From contig CAYZTC010000004.1 of the NCBI GenBank assembly GCA_964481345.1, positions 5,731-69,730 of the forward strand: 64,000 nt of DNA. The letters are read 5' to 3'. This stretch comes from an uncultured Candidatus Saccharibacteria bacterium (GTDB taxonomy: Bacteria; Patescibacteriota; Dojkabacteria; SC72; JAFGCJ01). Below, in pieces: positions 50,744-61,600 of this stretch. The translations under genes and the position numbers were made by a program. Position 1 is the stretch's first letter. The number at the start of each line of letters is the position of its first letter. Below the pieces are notes generated by a model. The model was given only the letters and a program-made list of their open reading frames with translations. It was not told the DNA's origin and ran no database searches.

Positions 50744-53700
50744 ATGAAACTGCCACGACTTAAGAAGAATCTAGAATTCGTTATTCTTATTTCCATACCA
50801 CTACTTATTGTTGTTTCAACTGTTGTTATTATTGTGTCTATGCTTTATCTCTTTAAGGGGGAAGAAGGTATTGGAGCGGCTTATATTTCTGATACATTTG
50901 ATAATGAGGATTATCTAGATGGGGGTAATTCTTCCAATTATTTGGTGACTGGGGGACAGGTTAAAGTAAGTGCAGCAAGTTATAATTTTGGTACAGGAGA
51001 TGATGGTGCTTGTACTGTATCTGCTGATACAGACATTAACACTGGTACTTGTGTGGGTAGGGCAAATGGAGATGCTGTAAACTTTTCTTCTACTGCAAAC
51101 ACTTCGGCTGGAAGTAATACGATAGTACTTTCTTCAACACCAACAGGCTTGGCTGTCGATGATGAAGTTCTAATAATAAACCTTCAAGGCACCTCTGAAA
51201 ATTATAGTGATGTTGGAGAGTATGAGACTGCATATATTACGGAAATTAACTCAAATACGCTCACTTTAGATAGTAATTTAGTAAATGGGTATGATGGTAC
51301 AACTCAGAAGATAATGGTACAGAGAGTTCCTCAATACACGAGTGTGACAGTAAATGCTGATAAAAACTTTTATCCTTCTGACTGGGATGGTACCAAGGGT
51401 GGAGTATTGGCTTTTAAAGCTACGGGTACTGTAACTGTGACCGGCACGATACATGCCGATAGTAAGGGATTTCTTTTGGGTACAGGTGCACCACCATCTT
51501 CTGCTACTAGACCTACTGGAGGAGAAAGTCCTTTTGGGAGTGGTGGAAGCGGTGGATGTAATGCTTTTACGAATTGTATGATAGGTGAAGATGGTACTGC
51601 TGGAGGAGGAGGAGGAGGGAGCAGTTTATCCGGATTCAATGCTGGTGTAGGTGGGAGTGGTAGTGCTTCTCTAGGAGGAGGTGGTGGTGGTGGAGGAAGT
51701 GCATACGGAACTTGCGGTTGTTATGGAGGAGGAGGTGGTGGTGGTGGGTATGGTTCGGCAGGTGATGGAGGAGATGGCGAGCGCTCTTATGGGACTAGTG
51801 GAGTTGCAAGTAATAGTGGGGACGGAGGCGACGGAGCATATTGGGGAGCAGGAAATTGTGGTGGTTCAGGTGGTGGTGGTGGTGGTGGTGGGACATATGG
51901 TCAAGGAAGTCTCGATACTTTGTTTTTAGGTTCTGGTGGTGGAGGAGGAGGAAGTATGGCAGGAGGTTATACTGGAATGAATGGAGGAGATGGAGGAGGC
52001 GTGGTTATAATATTAGGAGACACAATTGATATTGATGGTGCGGTTTCTTCAAGTGGTGAGGTGGGTGTGAATTCAGGGGTCGGTAAAGGTTCAGGGGGAG
52101 GTGGTGGTTCTGGAGGGTCAGTATTAATTCAAGCAGACGTGGTAGATGTTGGGGCTTCGAAAATTGAAGCTAGTGGTGGCTTTGGAGGTTGTTGTGATGA
52201 CACGTGGGGACAAGCGGGTGGTGATGGTGGTCATGGAAGAGTAAGGGTAAAGTATGCTACATCACTGAGTGGCACAGTAAGTGCAAATTTTAAAGCTATG
52301 TCATCTGATAGTGGAATATATGGCTCTTCAGGGACATACTCTACTGCAAGAAGTACTGCCTCTTCCCACTATCCTACTTCACAAACATCTGTTCTTGGTC
52401 AACAATATTGTAATCCTGGAACATATTATATTTACAGAGATTTTACAAAATTTGACACTAGTTCAATTCCTAATGATGCAACAATAACTCAGGTTAATTT
52501 GAAATTAACGCCGGTATATCAATTGAGTGGTAATAATGTTAAGTTTGATGTCCAAATAGTAAAAGCAGATTGGTCTGCTTATGAGCCAATTACTTCGGGA
52601 AATAGAGATAGCGTTTTTGATTTAGCTCTTTCTGAGGACCTTGATAATAGCATTTGGAGAAATACTGATGGATTAGTATTAAATACCACTTATACAAGTG
52701 GAAATCTTGATACATCTTGGGTAAATAAAAGCGGTAGCACTTATTATGCTTTGGTGAGTAAAAACGATCGAGATAATACTGCACCTGGTTATGGGCTTGC
52801 TAATTACCAATATATTTATCCTGCAACAGCAGATCATGTTACCTCAAGTTATAGTTCCGTTCTTCAGGTTGAATATAGTGGATTACAACTTCCCGGATAT
52901 GGGGATAGTGGAACGATACAATCTGTAGATCTTATTTCGGGAGATAATAGTGCTGGTATTCAATCATTTGTTTATAATTTATCAGCAAAACCAGGAAGTA
53001 CTACCGCTACAGTCCAGTTTAGTACAGATGGGTCGAATTGGTACAACTCTTCAGGGGTACTGGGTGGTACTGACACATTAAGTACTGGTGTAGATAATAC
53101 AATCGATTTGTCCGGATTAAGTTGGGAGACACCTACTTTTTACTATAAAGTCGCTTTTGGGACGGATGGTGGTACGGCCACTCCAGTATTGGATGATATT
53201 ACTGTAAATTATGAATCTGCTCCTGGTGTACCGACTATTGGTGTTCCAACGGTGCTATCTCCCACATCAATAAGATGGAATTTTACTGATAATGCTACAA
53301 ATGAAGCTGGTTTTAAGTTATTTGATGGTGAGGATAATTTAATTGATACTGATGAAATTCAGGATCTTACATATATGGATGAGGCTGGTTTATCAGCTAA
53401 TACTCAGTACTCTCGTAAGGCTGCATCATATAATTACCTTGGAGATAGTGGTTTTTCTTCTACTGCAACGGTGTACACTTTGGCTAATACTCCTACACTT
53501 ACTGCTGGGGATATTAGTGTTTCTACAATTGCTTTGGATGCTGGAAATACTGCAAACTTAGCATCAGATTCATCAGGATTATATTTTGATTGTACTGGAG
53601 AGGGCTGTGATTCTGGAGTGAACGAGTGGATTCAGACTGCAAGTGATACTGCGACAGGACTTTCTGCAAATACACAATATACTTTTCAGACTAAGGCTAG

Positions 53701-56023
53701 AAATGGAGATTCAGTGGAAACAAACAATTCGTCGGAGTTATCAAAATATACCCTTGCTAATACTCCTACAATTTCGCTCGGTGATCTTACAACATCTTCG
53801 ATAGAGTTAGATGCTGGAAATACTGTAAACATTAGTTCCGATTCTTCTGGGTTGTACTTTGATTGTACTAGTGCAGGATGTGATACTGGAATAAATTCGT
53901 GGTTACAAACCACCGAAGATGTCGCTACTGGACTTTCGCCAAACACTCAGTATACTTTCCAGATAAAAGCTAGAAATGGAGATTCTACAGAGACCTCATA
54001 CTCTGATACTCAAAGTGTGTATACACATGCAAATGTTCCAGGTACGCCAGCAAAAGCTGATTCCACTCCTAGAATCCTGGATGTCACTCTGGATGTGAAC
54101 TCAAATCCATCAAGTACTGATTTTGTCCTTCAAGAAACTTCTACAGGTAAGTATGTAAATAAAGATAGTGGATTACTTCAAGTGGCACCTGATTGGGGAA
54201 CATATTCTGAATTTGTGTCTGGAGGGGTAGCCAGAGTAACTAGTCTGTCAGCTGGAACAACCTATCAGTTTAAAATGAAAGCAAGAAATGGTGACAACAT
54301 TGAAACTACCTTTGGCGCAAGTATAGCTGCAAAAACGAAAGTTATTATTACGAATATACCGGAAAGTCTTTCAGTAAATTTGCGGGGTAATCCAACTACA
54401 AATCTTACTACTGATGGAGTCGACTCAAATTCGTATGATTTGAGAGTAAAGAAAGATAATGTGTGGATTGCAGAAATACCAATAGATCTGACAGAGAATC
54501 GTGATTTTTCTGATATAGTAGCCTTGGCTGATGATGAAAATAGTAAGGCTGTTGTAAAGTTTACTGCATCACATGGGTTTACAGAAACATACGACATGTA
54601 CATTATGAAAGGAGATACTGATTATGTAAGAGTATGTCCAAGTTCCTTGACTCTGGCTCAAGTGACGATGGCTTGTACAAATGGGGTAGACTTTAATGGC
54701 CCTTATCCTCAAGTAAAGAATGTGGCTGGTACGAGTGTTACTGTAAGATCAGGGAGCGTTGGAGAGGTTGCATATTGGAAGGTGGAAGATCTTGAGGGGA
54801 CTGGTGCTATGGGAGTAGTAACTTCAGTTGAAGAGCAGGAAGAAGAGGAGGGGGAAGAGGATGAGGCTGATGATACTACCGATGAAGAAGAAGAATTTAT
54901 AGAGGATGGTCAAGAAGAAGAGGAAGAAGAGGAAAAAGAGACTGAAATAAATAGACCATCGTTGATATATCCTGAAAGTGGAGAGCAGAATGAACTTCAA
55001 AAGGTTGTAGCTACAGTATATGAGGCCGCCACGAGGGCAATTAGTACTGCAGTAAGGGAGATAGAGGATTTTGCAGAGGAAAATGAAAATGTGGCTGGAA
55101 CTATAGTTTTAGTACCTGCTGCTACATCTGCCACAGCAATTGCAGTAACTGGTGGTGCTACTCTTACTGATATTCCGTATAGAATTATGCAATTTATCCT
55201 CGGTTTGTTACAAAGTGTAGGGGTTGTTAAAGGGAAGAAGAAATACAAACCTTGGGGTGTAGTTTATAATTCAGTTACAAAAGAGCCTGTATCAAGTGCC
55301 GTTGTGAGACTGTTTTCTGGAGGTTTACTTATTTCGACTGAGGTTACAGATATCAAAGGTGTGTTTGCTTTTTCACCAAAGAAAGGTACTTATGAAATGA
55401 AGGTAAGCAAAGCAAGATACATCTTCCCATCTGAACTTGTGACTGGTAAGACTGATCTTCTTAGGAATTATATTTACAGAGGTGACAAGTATAAGGTTGC
55501 TAAAGATAAACAGGATCTATCTGTAAATATTCCAGTTGATCCTCAAGAAGTATCTCCTTCGGTTTCCTACTTGAGTCTAGTTGGAATGTATCTGGCAACG
55601 ATTATAGTTGCTTTAAATCCGATATTTATACTTGTTGGAATAACAATGTCATCTGCACTATATAGTCTTACAGGTAAGGTACTAAACTTGGTGATAATTG
55701 GAGTGTATTTGTTGATACTTCTTTTTCAGTTGATAGATAGTATAAGAAGAAGAACTGGTTGGGGAATTGTAAGGGATGACAAGGGTAAAAGGTTGGGTGG
55801 GGTAAAAGTAGGCATTTATGATAAGAAGTACAACAAGCTTATAGATGTAAGGGTTACTGATAATAAGGGTAGGTTTAGATTTATTCTTCCCGAAGATGAA
55901 TATGTTATTAAGCCTTATAAGTCAAAGTATGGACTTACGGGGAAGCAGAGGTCTGGTGTAAAGATCAGAAAAAAGGGAGAAGGGGTATTCTTGGTTGTTG
56001 CAAACATAACGGTTAAAAAGTAG
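50744..56023 (+). CDS. Giant membrane-anchored surface protein: Gly-rich region, DNRLRE-like domain, FN3 repeats, acidic linker, TMs and two carboxypeptidase-regulatory-like domains
   Basis: 1759 aa. GGxGGG tracts; FDTSSIP..ITQVNLKL; GLSANTQY/GLSPNTQY/LSAGTTY FN3 motifs; WGVVYNSVTKEP..TDIKG and WGIVRDDKGK..TDNKG. Confidence 0.8.
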   Translation: MKLPRLKKNLEFVILISIPLLIVVSTVVIIVSMLYLFKGEEGIGAAYISDTFDNEDYLDGGNSSNYLVTGGQVKVSAASYNFGTGDDGACTVSADTDINTGTCVGRANGDAVNFSSTANTSAGSNTIVLSSTPTGLAVDDEVLIINLQGTSENYSDVGEYETAYITEINSNTLTLDSNLVNGYDGTTQKIMVQRVPQYTSVTVNADKNFYPSDWDGTKGGVLAFKATGTVTVTGTIHADSKGFLLGTGAPPSSATRPTGGESPFGSGGSGGCNAFTNCMIGEDGTAGGGGGGSSLSGFNAGVGGSGSASLGGGGGGGGSAYGTCGCYGGGGGGGGYGSAGDGGDGERSYGTSGVASNSGDGGDGAYWGAGNCGGSGGGGGGGGTYGQGSLDTLFLGSGGGGGGSMAGGYTGMNGGDGGGVVIILGDTIDIDGAVSSSGEVGVNSGVGKGSGGGGGSGGSVLIQADVVDVGASKIEASGGFGGCCDDTWGQAGGDGGHGRVRVKYATSLSGTVSANFKAMSSDSGIYGSSGTYSTARSTASSHYPTSQTSVLGQQYCNPGTYYIYRDFTKFDTSSIPNDATITQVNLKLTPVYQLSGNNVKFDVQIVKADWSAYEPITSGNRDSVFDLALSEDLDNSIWRNTDGLVLNTTYTSGNLDTSWVNKSGSTYYALVSKNDRDNTAPGYGLANYQYIYPATADHVTSSYSSVLQVEYSGLQLPGYGDSGTIQSVDLISGDNSAGIQSFVYNLSAKPGSTTATVQFSTDGSNWYNSSGVLGGTDTLSTGVDNTIDLSGLSWETPTFYYKVAFGTDGGTATPVLDDITVNYESAPGVPTIGVPTVLSPTSIRWNFTDNATNEAGFKLFDGEDNLIDTDEIQDLTYMDEAGLSANTQYSRKAASYNYLGDSGFSSTATVYTLANTPTLTAGDISVSTIALDAGNTANLASDSSGLYFDCTGEGCDSGVNEWIQTASDTATGLSANTQYTFQTKARNGDSVETNNSSELSKYTLANTPTISLGDLTTSSIELDAGNTVNISSDSSGLYFDCTSAGCDTGINSWLQTTEDVATGLSPNTQYTFQIKARNGDSTETSYSDTQSVYTHANVPGTPAKADSTPRILDVTLDVNSNPSSTDFVLQETSTGKYVNKDSGLLQVAPDWGTYSEFVSGGVARVTSLSAGTTYQFKMKARNGDNIETTFGASIAAKTKVIITNIPESLSVNLRGNPTTNLTTDGVDSNSYDLRVKKDNVWIAEIPIDLTENRDFSDIVALADDENSKAVVKFTASHGFTETYDMYIMKGDTDYVRVCPSSLTLAQVTMACTNGVDFNGPYPQVKNVAGTSVTVRSGSVGEVAYWKVEDLEGTGAMGVVTSVEEQEEEEGEEDEADDTTDEEEEFIEDGQEEEEEEEKETEINRPSLIYPESGEQNELQKVVATVYEAATRAISTAVREIEDFAEENENVAGTIVLVPAATSATAIAVTGGATLTDIPYRIMQFILGLLQSVGVVKGKKKYKPWGVVYNSVTKEPVSSAVVRLFSGGLLISTEVTDIKGVFAFSPKKGTYEMKVSKARYIFPSELVTGKTDLLRNYIYRGDKYKVAKDKQDLSVNIPVDPQEVSPSVSYLSLVGMYLATIIVALNPIFILVGITMSSALYSLTGKVLNLVIIGVYLLILLFQLIDSIRRRTGWGIVRDDKGKRLGGVKVGIYDKKYNKLIDVRVTDNKGRFRFILPEDEYVIKPYKSKYGLTGKQRSGVKIRKKGEGVFLVVANITVKK
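53483..54028 (+). repeat. Intragenic tandem FN3-like repeat with 273-bp period
   Basis: ANTPT..LDAGNT..SDSSGLYFDCT..GCD.G.N.W.QT..D.ATGLS.NTQYTFQ.KARNGDS.ET occurs at 53483 and 53756. Confidence 0.85.
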
Positions 56024-56073
56024 TAATAGTTTCATGTTCAAGATCACTTTGTAATGTGTTATTATAGTTTTTA

Positions 56074-56484
56074 ATGCCAAAGCCAAAAACGAAGAAACCC
56101 GCCAAAGGCGGAAAAAAGGAAATATCAGTAAAGGATAAGAAAATAAAAGCGGTTAAGCTTGTATGTCCCAACTGTGGAGAAGAGGAAACAAGGGTTATAT
56201 ATTGTGATAAGTGTGATACTCCCCTTGAGGTTGTGGAGGTGATGGATATGGATAAGAATGAGGCAAAGGGGAATGCAGGGGTGGTCCATGACAATAACAA
56301 AGATAAACAAGAAGATGAACAAGTAACAGAAAGCGATCTTGTGGGTCCAGATGAAGGCAATGTTATGTCTGATGGTATAGGTGAGATATTTCCAGGAGAT
56401 AAAAGTGTTGATTCAATTGCAGATGACGAGGTGGAGGGTTTTGAGAATTTTGAGGATGTAGTAAATGCTCTAGGTGAAGAATAA
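56074..56484 (+). CDS. Small zinc-ribbon protein with basic N-terminus and acidic tail
   Basis: CPNC..CDKC; Lys-rich start; D/E-rich C-terminus. Confidence 0.7.
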   Translation: MPKPKTKKPAKGGKKEISVKDKKIKAVKLVCPNCGEEETRVIYCDKCDTPLEVVEVMDMDKNEAKGNAGVVHDNNKDKQEDEQVTESDLVGPDEGNVMSDGIGEIFPGDKSVDSIADDEVEGFENFEDVVNALGEE

Positions 56485-56492
56485 TTGCTAAT

Positions 56493-56798
56493 CTACATTA
56501 AGTGGATAGCTCTGTTTTGTAATACCACTCCGCATGTGAATGAGTCGTCTGCAAGATATTTGTTATTGTAATTATCAGTTTGTAAGTCTTTTACTATTTT
56601 TCCTGCTCTAATAACCCATACCTTAATCCTTTTGTCATATTCTCTTGTGTTTAGTTCTGTAATATACTTTTCTAGTTCTTTCCCAAAGAATTTTGCCCTC
56701 TTGTGATTTTTCTTCAACACAAAATTTCCTATTATGGATAAGTTTGTGGTCATATCTAAAACTAATGATTTTGTATCTAATGTTTTTAGGTCTACCAT
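56493..56798 (-). CDS. Hypothetical protein
   Basis: 101-aa ORF filling the gap downstream of the tRNA on the same strand. Confidence 0.55.
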   Translation of the reverse strand: MVDLKTLDTKSLVLDMTTNLSIIGNFVLKKNHKRAKFFGKELEKYITELNTREYDKRIKVWVIRAGKIVKDLQTDNYNNKYLADDSFTCGVVLQNRAIHLM

Positions 56799-56834
56799 CC
56801 TAGGTTCTTATAATATGAAGAGTAAACATTCTCA

Positions 56835-56908
56835 TGGACTCTACTGGGATCGAACCAGTGACCTCACGAATGTGAATCGTGTGCTCTAACCAGCTGAGCT
56901 AAGAGTCC
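56835..56908 (-). tRNA. tRNA-Val(CAC), CCA not encoded
   Basis: Minus strand reads GGACTCT TA GCTC AGCTGGTTA GAGC A CACGA TTCACAT TCGTG AGGTC ACTGG TTCGATC CCAGT AGAGTCC A, a full cloverleaf. Confidence 0.95.
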
Positions 56909-57269
56909 CTTACTTCTCTTATGATTATACCTTATTCATTAAATCTTCTTTAAGTTAAGGCCAGGCCTTTGGGCCTGAAATAGACGAATTTTTACTCTTA
57001 TGTGAAGATATATGCCTGATTTTTCAGAAATAGAACTTTATAATATGTGTTTACCTTTATGAGTCCATTTTTGCCCTTCCGAACCCTGGTAGGGGTAGGA
57101 GGATACGACCCAGGTGAATTGAATTTTTTAAAATAGATAACTCAAATACTGAGAACGTAGAGTAAAAAGAAAGAAAGAACTGTAGGAAGTTGCTACAGGA
57201 AGCCGTTGATACTTTGGGAAAGATAATGTAACATAAAAGTGCTTCATTTAAACTTTATTCACCTAAAAC

Positions 57270-58382
57270 ATGTCGATTAGAGAGCTTTTCTCTCGTAAAA
57301 AGTTACTTACATTAGGTAAATGGATAGGGGTGATATTAGTTGTCGGAATCGGTTCATATTTAGTATGGAGGGTCTATCAGGAGAAACAAAAAGAAGAAGA
57401 GAATGTTGAAGAGCCAACAGTAGAGGAGCCAGTGATAGAAGAACCAGAGGAGGAAGAAATTCCCAAAGAAGTATTAAAAGGGTTTTGGGTACCACATGTA
57501 GGTGGAGATACTCACCGCCCACCGTTTGAGACGGTCGCCCCTTGGGCAAAAGATCATGGAGCAGACACTTTTCTTTATCCAGTTTTATATAACCCTCGGG
57601 CATCAGTTGATGAACAACTTCCTTGGGGGAGGAGAGGAAATATTGAAGAGACAATTCAAGCAGCACAAGCTGAAGGGCTGGAGGTGTGGGTTGCAATAGC
57701 TCCTGTTGGTGGTGAAAGACCGCTGTTAGATGAGATAGATTTAGAGGGATTGAATGATTACATTATTGAAATAGCTAAGATTGCAGAGACAAACAACGTA
57801 GAATATTTTGAGCCTTTTTGTGAGCCCTCAGGGATGTTTCGGGATTTCTGGCCGTATGTACCGCCATATAACGAAGGAAGAGAGAATGAAAAGTTGACAG
57901 AGGAACCAGCTGTCAATGAATGGGCACAGGAGATCCTTTCTGAAGTTAGGAAGGTCTACACTGGGGTGGTAGTCTACGAAGACGATTCATCTCCATTTCT
58001 TTATTATACGCAGTTTGGTGAGTGCCCAATTGATTTCTCTGGATATGATTACCTTGCTTTCGGCATTACTCCTAGAGAGGTTACAACAATAGAAGAGTAT
58101 CCAGAATTTGTAGAGGACTTCTTTGATGCAACCCTTGCCATGGCTGAACGTGACGGTATAAAGAAGGTGATGGTTAGAGAATTTGGTATTTGGGAATGGA
58201 ATGAGGATGAACATAGTGATGAGGAGGTTTTGGAAGCCCACAAAATAGTCTTGGAAAAATTCCAGGAGAAGAATCTGGATGGAATTTTTGTACTTGTTCC
58301 ACCAGAATGGGGAGAGCTGGCAGGGTTTGATGAAACGACCATAAAAGATCTGATTGAGGAGTGGTATAAGGAGATTTTGTAG
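57270..58382 (+). CDS. Membrane-anchored TIM-barrel glycoside hydrolase-like protein (clan GH-A, GH113-like)
   Basis: TM plus Glu/Pro linker; AQAEGLEVW, AETNNVEYF..CEP, VRKVYTG, VREFG (candidate catalytic Glu residues). Confidence 0.55.
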   Translation: MSIRELFSRKKLLTLGKWIGVILVVGIGSYLVWRVYQEKQKEEENVEEPTVEEPVIEEPEEEEIPKEVLKGFWVPHVGGDTHRPPFETVAPWAKDHGADTFLYPVLYNPRASVDEQLPWGRRGNIEETIQAAQAEGLEVWVAIAPVGGERPLLDEIDLEGLNDYIIEIAKIAETNNVEYFEPFCEPSGMFRDFWPYVPPYNEGRENEKLTEEPAVNEWAQEILSEVRKVYTGVVVYEDDSSPFLYYTQFGECPIDFSGYDYLAFGITPREVTTIEEYPEFVEDFFDATLAMAERDGIKKVMVREFGIWEWNEDEHSDEEVLEAHKIVLEKFQEKNLDGIFVLVPPEWGELAGFDETTIKDLIEEWYKEIL

Positions 58383-58483
58383 TAATAGGGCATTTTTTCA
58401 TTCCAGTGGAAGAAGTAAATCTTGAAAAGGTCTTTAGAGATGAGTATGTCGATTATAAAAAGAAGGTAAGGAGATGGATGTAG
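58382..58483 (+). pseudogene. C-terminal remnant of an isoprenylcysteine carboxyl methyltransferase (ICMT/PEMT) family gene
   Basis: Manual translation VIGHFFIPVEEVNLEKVFRDEYVDYKKKVRRWM* fits the family end I..EE..L...FG..Y..Y...VRRW; no start codon. Confidence 0.7.
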
Positions 58484-58621
58484 AGTTATGAATCTTGCAT
58501 TGATAGATTTCAATTATTTGATAGTATTGATTTTTAGCATTGTTATAGTGTAGAATCCCTTTATTAATGAAATTGTCATTAAATATTTCTGCCCCAAGAA
58601 TAAATTTATTCTGGTCTCACA

Positions 58622-61600
58622 ATGACTCCTAGAAGATCTAGTTTTTCATATAGGTTTTTTTCTGTCTTTACAGGCCTAATGTTACTTTTTCAGTATTTCT
58701 TTCCCATTGTTGGTTTAGCAGGAATTGATGAGGTAAATGCTGCCGCATCTATTAACACTGACAAAAGTGAGTATTCTAGAGGAGATCAAGTTTCTGTTAC
58801 TACGGGAGGGTTATCTGGAAATAAATATTACAAAATCAGGATAAAGAATGCTAATAACAGTACTACTGACATTACTAGTTGCATTAGAGGTAATAAAACG
58901 GTTGCAGGTAAATATAATATCTCTGATTCCGATCCGCTTGGCAGCTGGTCAGCAGAACTTCGTCAGTGTGGTTTCTTCGGAGACTCAACGGTTGCAACTG
59001 CTCCTTTTACAGTTAGTGAGACAACAGTACCACCTGTTCCAAATCCTACACTTCCAAACTCCTGTGGAGTGGATATGGCACTTGTAATAGACAACTCAAC
59101 AAGCATTAGTTCCTCAGAGTTGGCGCAAATGAAAACTGCAATGATTGCTTTTGTAAACGCTTTTGCAGGTACGCCAACACAATTTTCTGTAACAAGTTTT
59201 GCTACAACTGCAACTATAAGACAGGGATTTACAGGTAATACTGCTGCTGTGATTAGTGCAATCAATTCTATTCCAGTTGGTGGAGGTTATACAAATTGGG
59301 AAGATGGATTAATCAAGGCGCAAAGTACATATGATCCAAGAGTAAATCCCAATTTAATGGTATTTTCATCTGATGGAAATCCAAACAGAGTAGATGATGG
59401 AACTTCTGCTACTGAGGCTCAAGCGGTAGCTGAGGCAGTGCTTGTTGCGAATGCGATTAAAACTGGTGGTACCAGAATTCTAGCACTAGGAATCGGGGAT
59501 AACCTCAAGGTAGCAAACCTGCAAGCAATTTCAGGTCCAAACGTGAATACTGGTATTACCTCAGATGTCATCACTTCCAATTTTTCTCAGTTAGCAGACG
59601 ATCTTGCATACTTAGCGTCTTTGCTTTGTGGTGGCACTATCACTGTTAGCAAATTTATCAATGATTTAAATACACCTGCTGGTACCGGATGGAATTTTGA
59701 TGTTGCTGGACAAGCTGTTTCTACGGACTCGTATGGTCAGACTCCTGCTGTTGATGTAGATCCTGGAACATATAATGTTATTGAGCCTTCAGTCAATCCT
59801 GGGCATATATTTGGTTCTGCAGGCTGTAAATATCAAGATGGAAGTCAAGCAGGAACACCTAGTACCACTTTTGATGGTGTAGAAAATATTGATGTTGATC
59901 ATACTGATATTGTAAGTTGTAGTTTTATAAATATTGAAAAGGGTGAAATCTTAGGTGTTAAGTGGAATGACCTAGATGGGGATGGTGTAAAGGATGGGGG
60001 TGAGCCTACGCTTTCAGGATGGGATATAAATATTCTTGATGCTACTGGGGCACCTTATGATAGTATTATTACTGATTCAGATGGTGAGTATTCATTTACT
60101 GGTCTGGATCCGAGTGACTATACAGTATGTGAGGTTATGAAGGATGGATGGGAAAGGACATATCCTGCTGGTTCAAATTGTCAAAATGTGTCAGTTGGTG
60201 CAGGGCAGGTTGTTCCTGGTGTGAATTTTGGTAATAGAGGAGCTTTGAGTATTTCTGGTACAAAGTATGAATATATGGTAGGTCCTTTGAATGGTTGGGA
60301 GATCAATCTTACAGGTACTACCGATTATGGAAGAAGTGTAGATATGACTATGGATACAGCAGGAAGTGGTGAGTATCTCTTTGATCATCTTGAACCAGGT
60401 AATTATGTTGTATCAGAGGAAGACAGGGCGGGTTGGGTACATTTGGATGGAGACAGTGTGCCGGTTAATCTTGTAAATGTGGATGAGTATGTAGATTTCA
60501 CAAACTTTGAGTGTGCTACTCTATCGGGATTCAAATGGGAAGATATGAATGGTGATGGGCTTCCAAATGGTGAACCTGCTCTTCAGGGGGTACAAATAGA
60601 GATTAATGGACCAGAAAGTTCTAATGATTCTGATAATACAGATGAAAATGGGTACTACGAGTTTGAGGTATGTATTCCAGGGACATATGTTGTGACAGAA
60701 GTTCTTGATCCTGGTTGGTACAATGTTTACCCTGTTAATCATCAGCACTCTAGAGACGTTGTAAGTGGGAGTAATTATCCTGAACTTAATTTTGGAAATG
60801 CGAGATACGGGATGATCTTTGGGATGAAATTTGGTGACCTCAATGGAAATGGTATTCAAGACGGAGTTGAAACTGGACTTGGTGGATGGGATATTGAACT
60901 TCAAGATGAATTTGGAAATGTATTAGCAACAACGACTACTGCAGGTGATGGTAGTTATAGCTTTGAATATAATTCTGTTAATCCTGTTAATTTACTTGCT
61001 GGTGAATTATATTTCTTAAGAGAAAAGATTGAGGATCAGCCTGGGTGGATTCAAACATATGGTCCTTCTTCACCTTTCAGTATGGAAAGTGGTGATGTAT
61101 ATGGTGATGATATTGAGGAGGTCTCAGATTTTGGAAACTTTGAGAATGTTGATGTCACTGTGTGCAAATATGAAGATATGAATGGAGATGGGGTTATTGA
61201 TGGAGATGGGTTATTAATGGATCCTTGGGGAATCAGTCTTAATGGAAGTGATTATGTGTATACTTCTGATGGATGCGTGACGTTTAGTGATATAGGACCT
61301 GGAAGCTACGTACTGTCTGAGGAAAGTAAATCCGGTTGGGTACAAACATATCCAGGGTCAGGAATACACGAATTTGATACGATTTCTGGCAATAATCCAA
61401 CCTTCGATTTTGGAAACTATCAACATGCTTCTATCACCGTGAATAAAAACGTCTTTGCATCTGACATGGAAGATATTTCAGATAACAGTTTGTTCGAAGT
61501 TACAGTTTCTGACCTTGGATCGCTACCTTTAGCTGAGAATAATTCAGCCGTTTATAGCGATATAGCTCCTGGTGAATATACCATTTCTGAGACATCAATT

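Noticed and set aside
51520-52240. GGT/GGA triplet runs as a DNA repeat or contingency locus
   Set aside because: They are explained by poly-Gly coding with mixed codons inside an intact ORF.
53483-54028. Diversity-generating retroelement TR/VR pair
   Set aside because: Differences between the copies are not adenine-specific, both copies are in-frame domains, and no reverse transcriptase is present.
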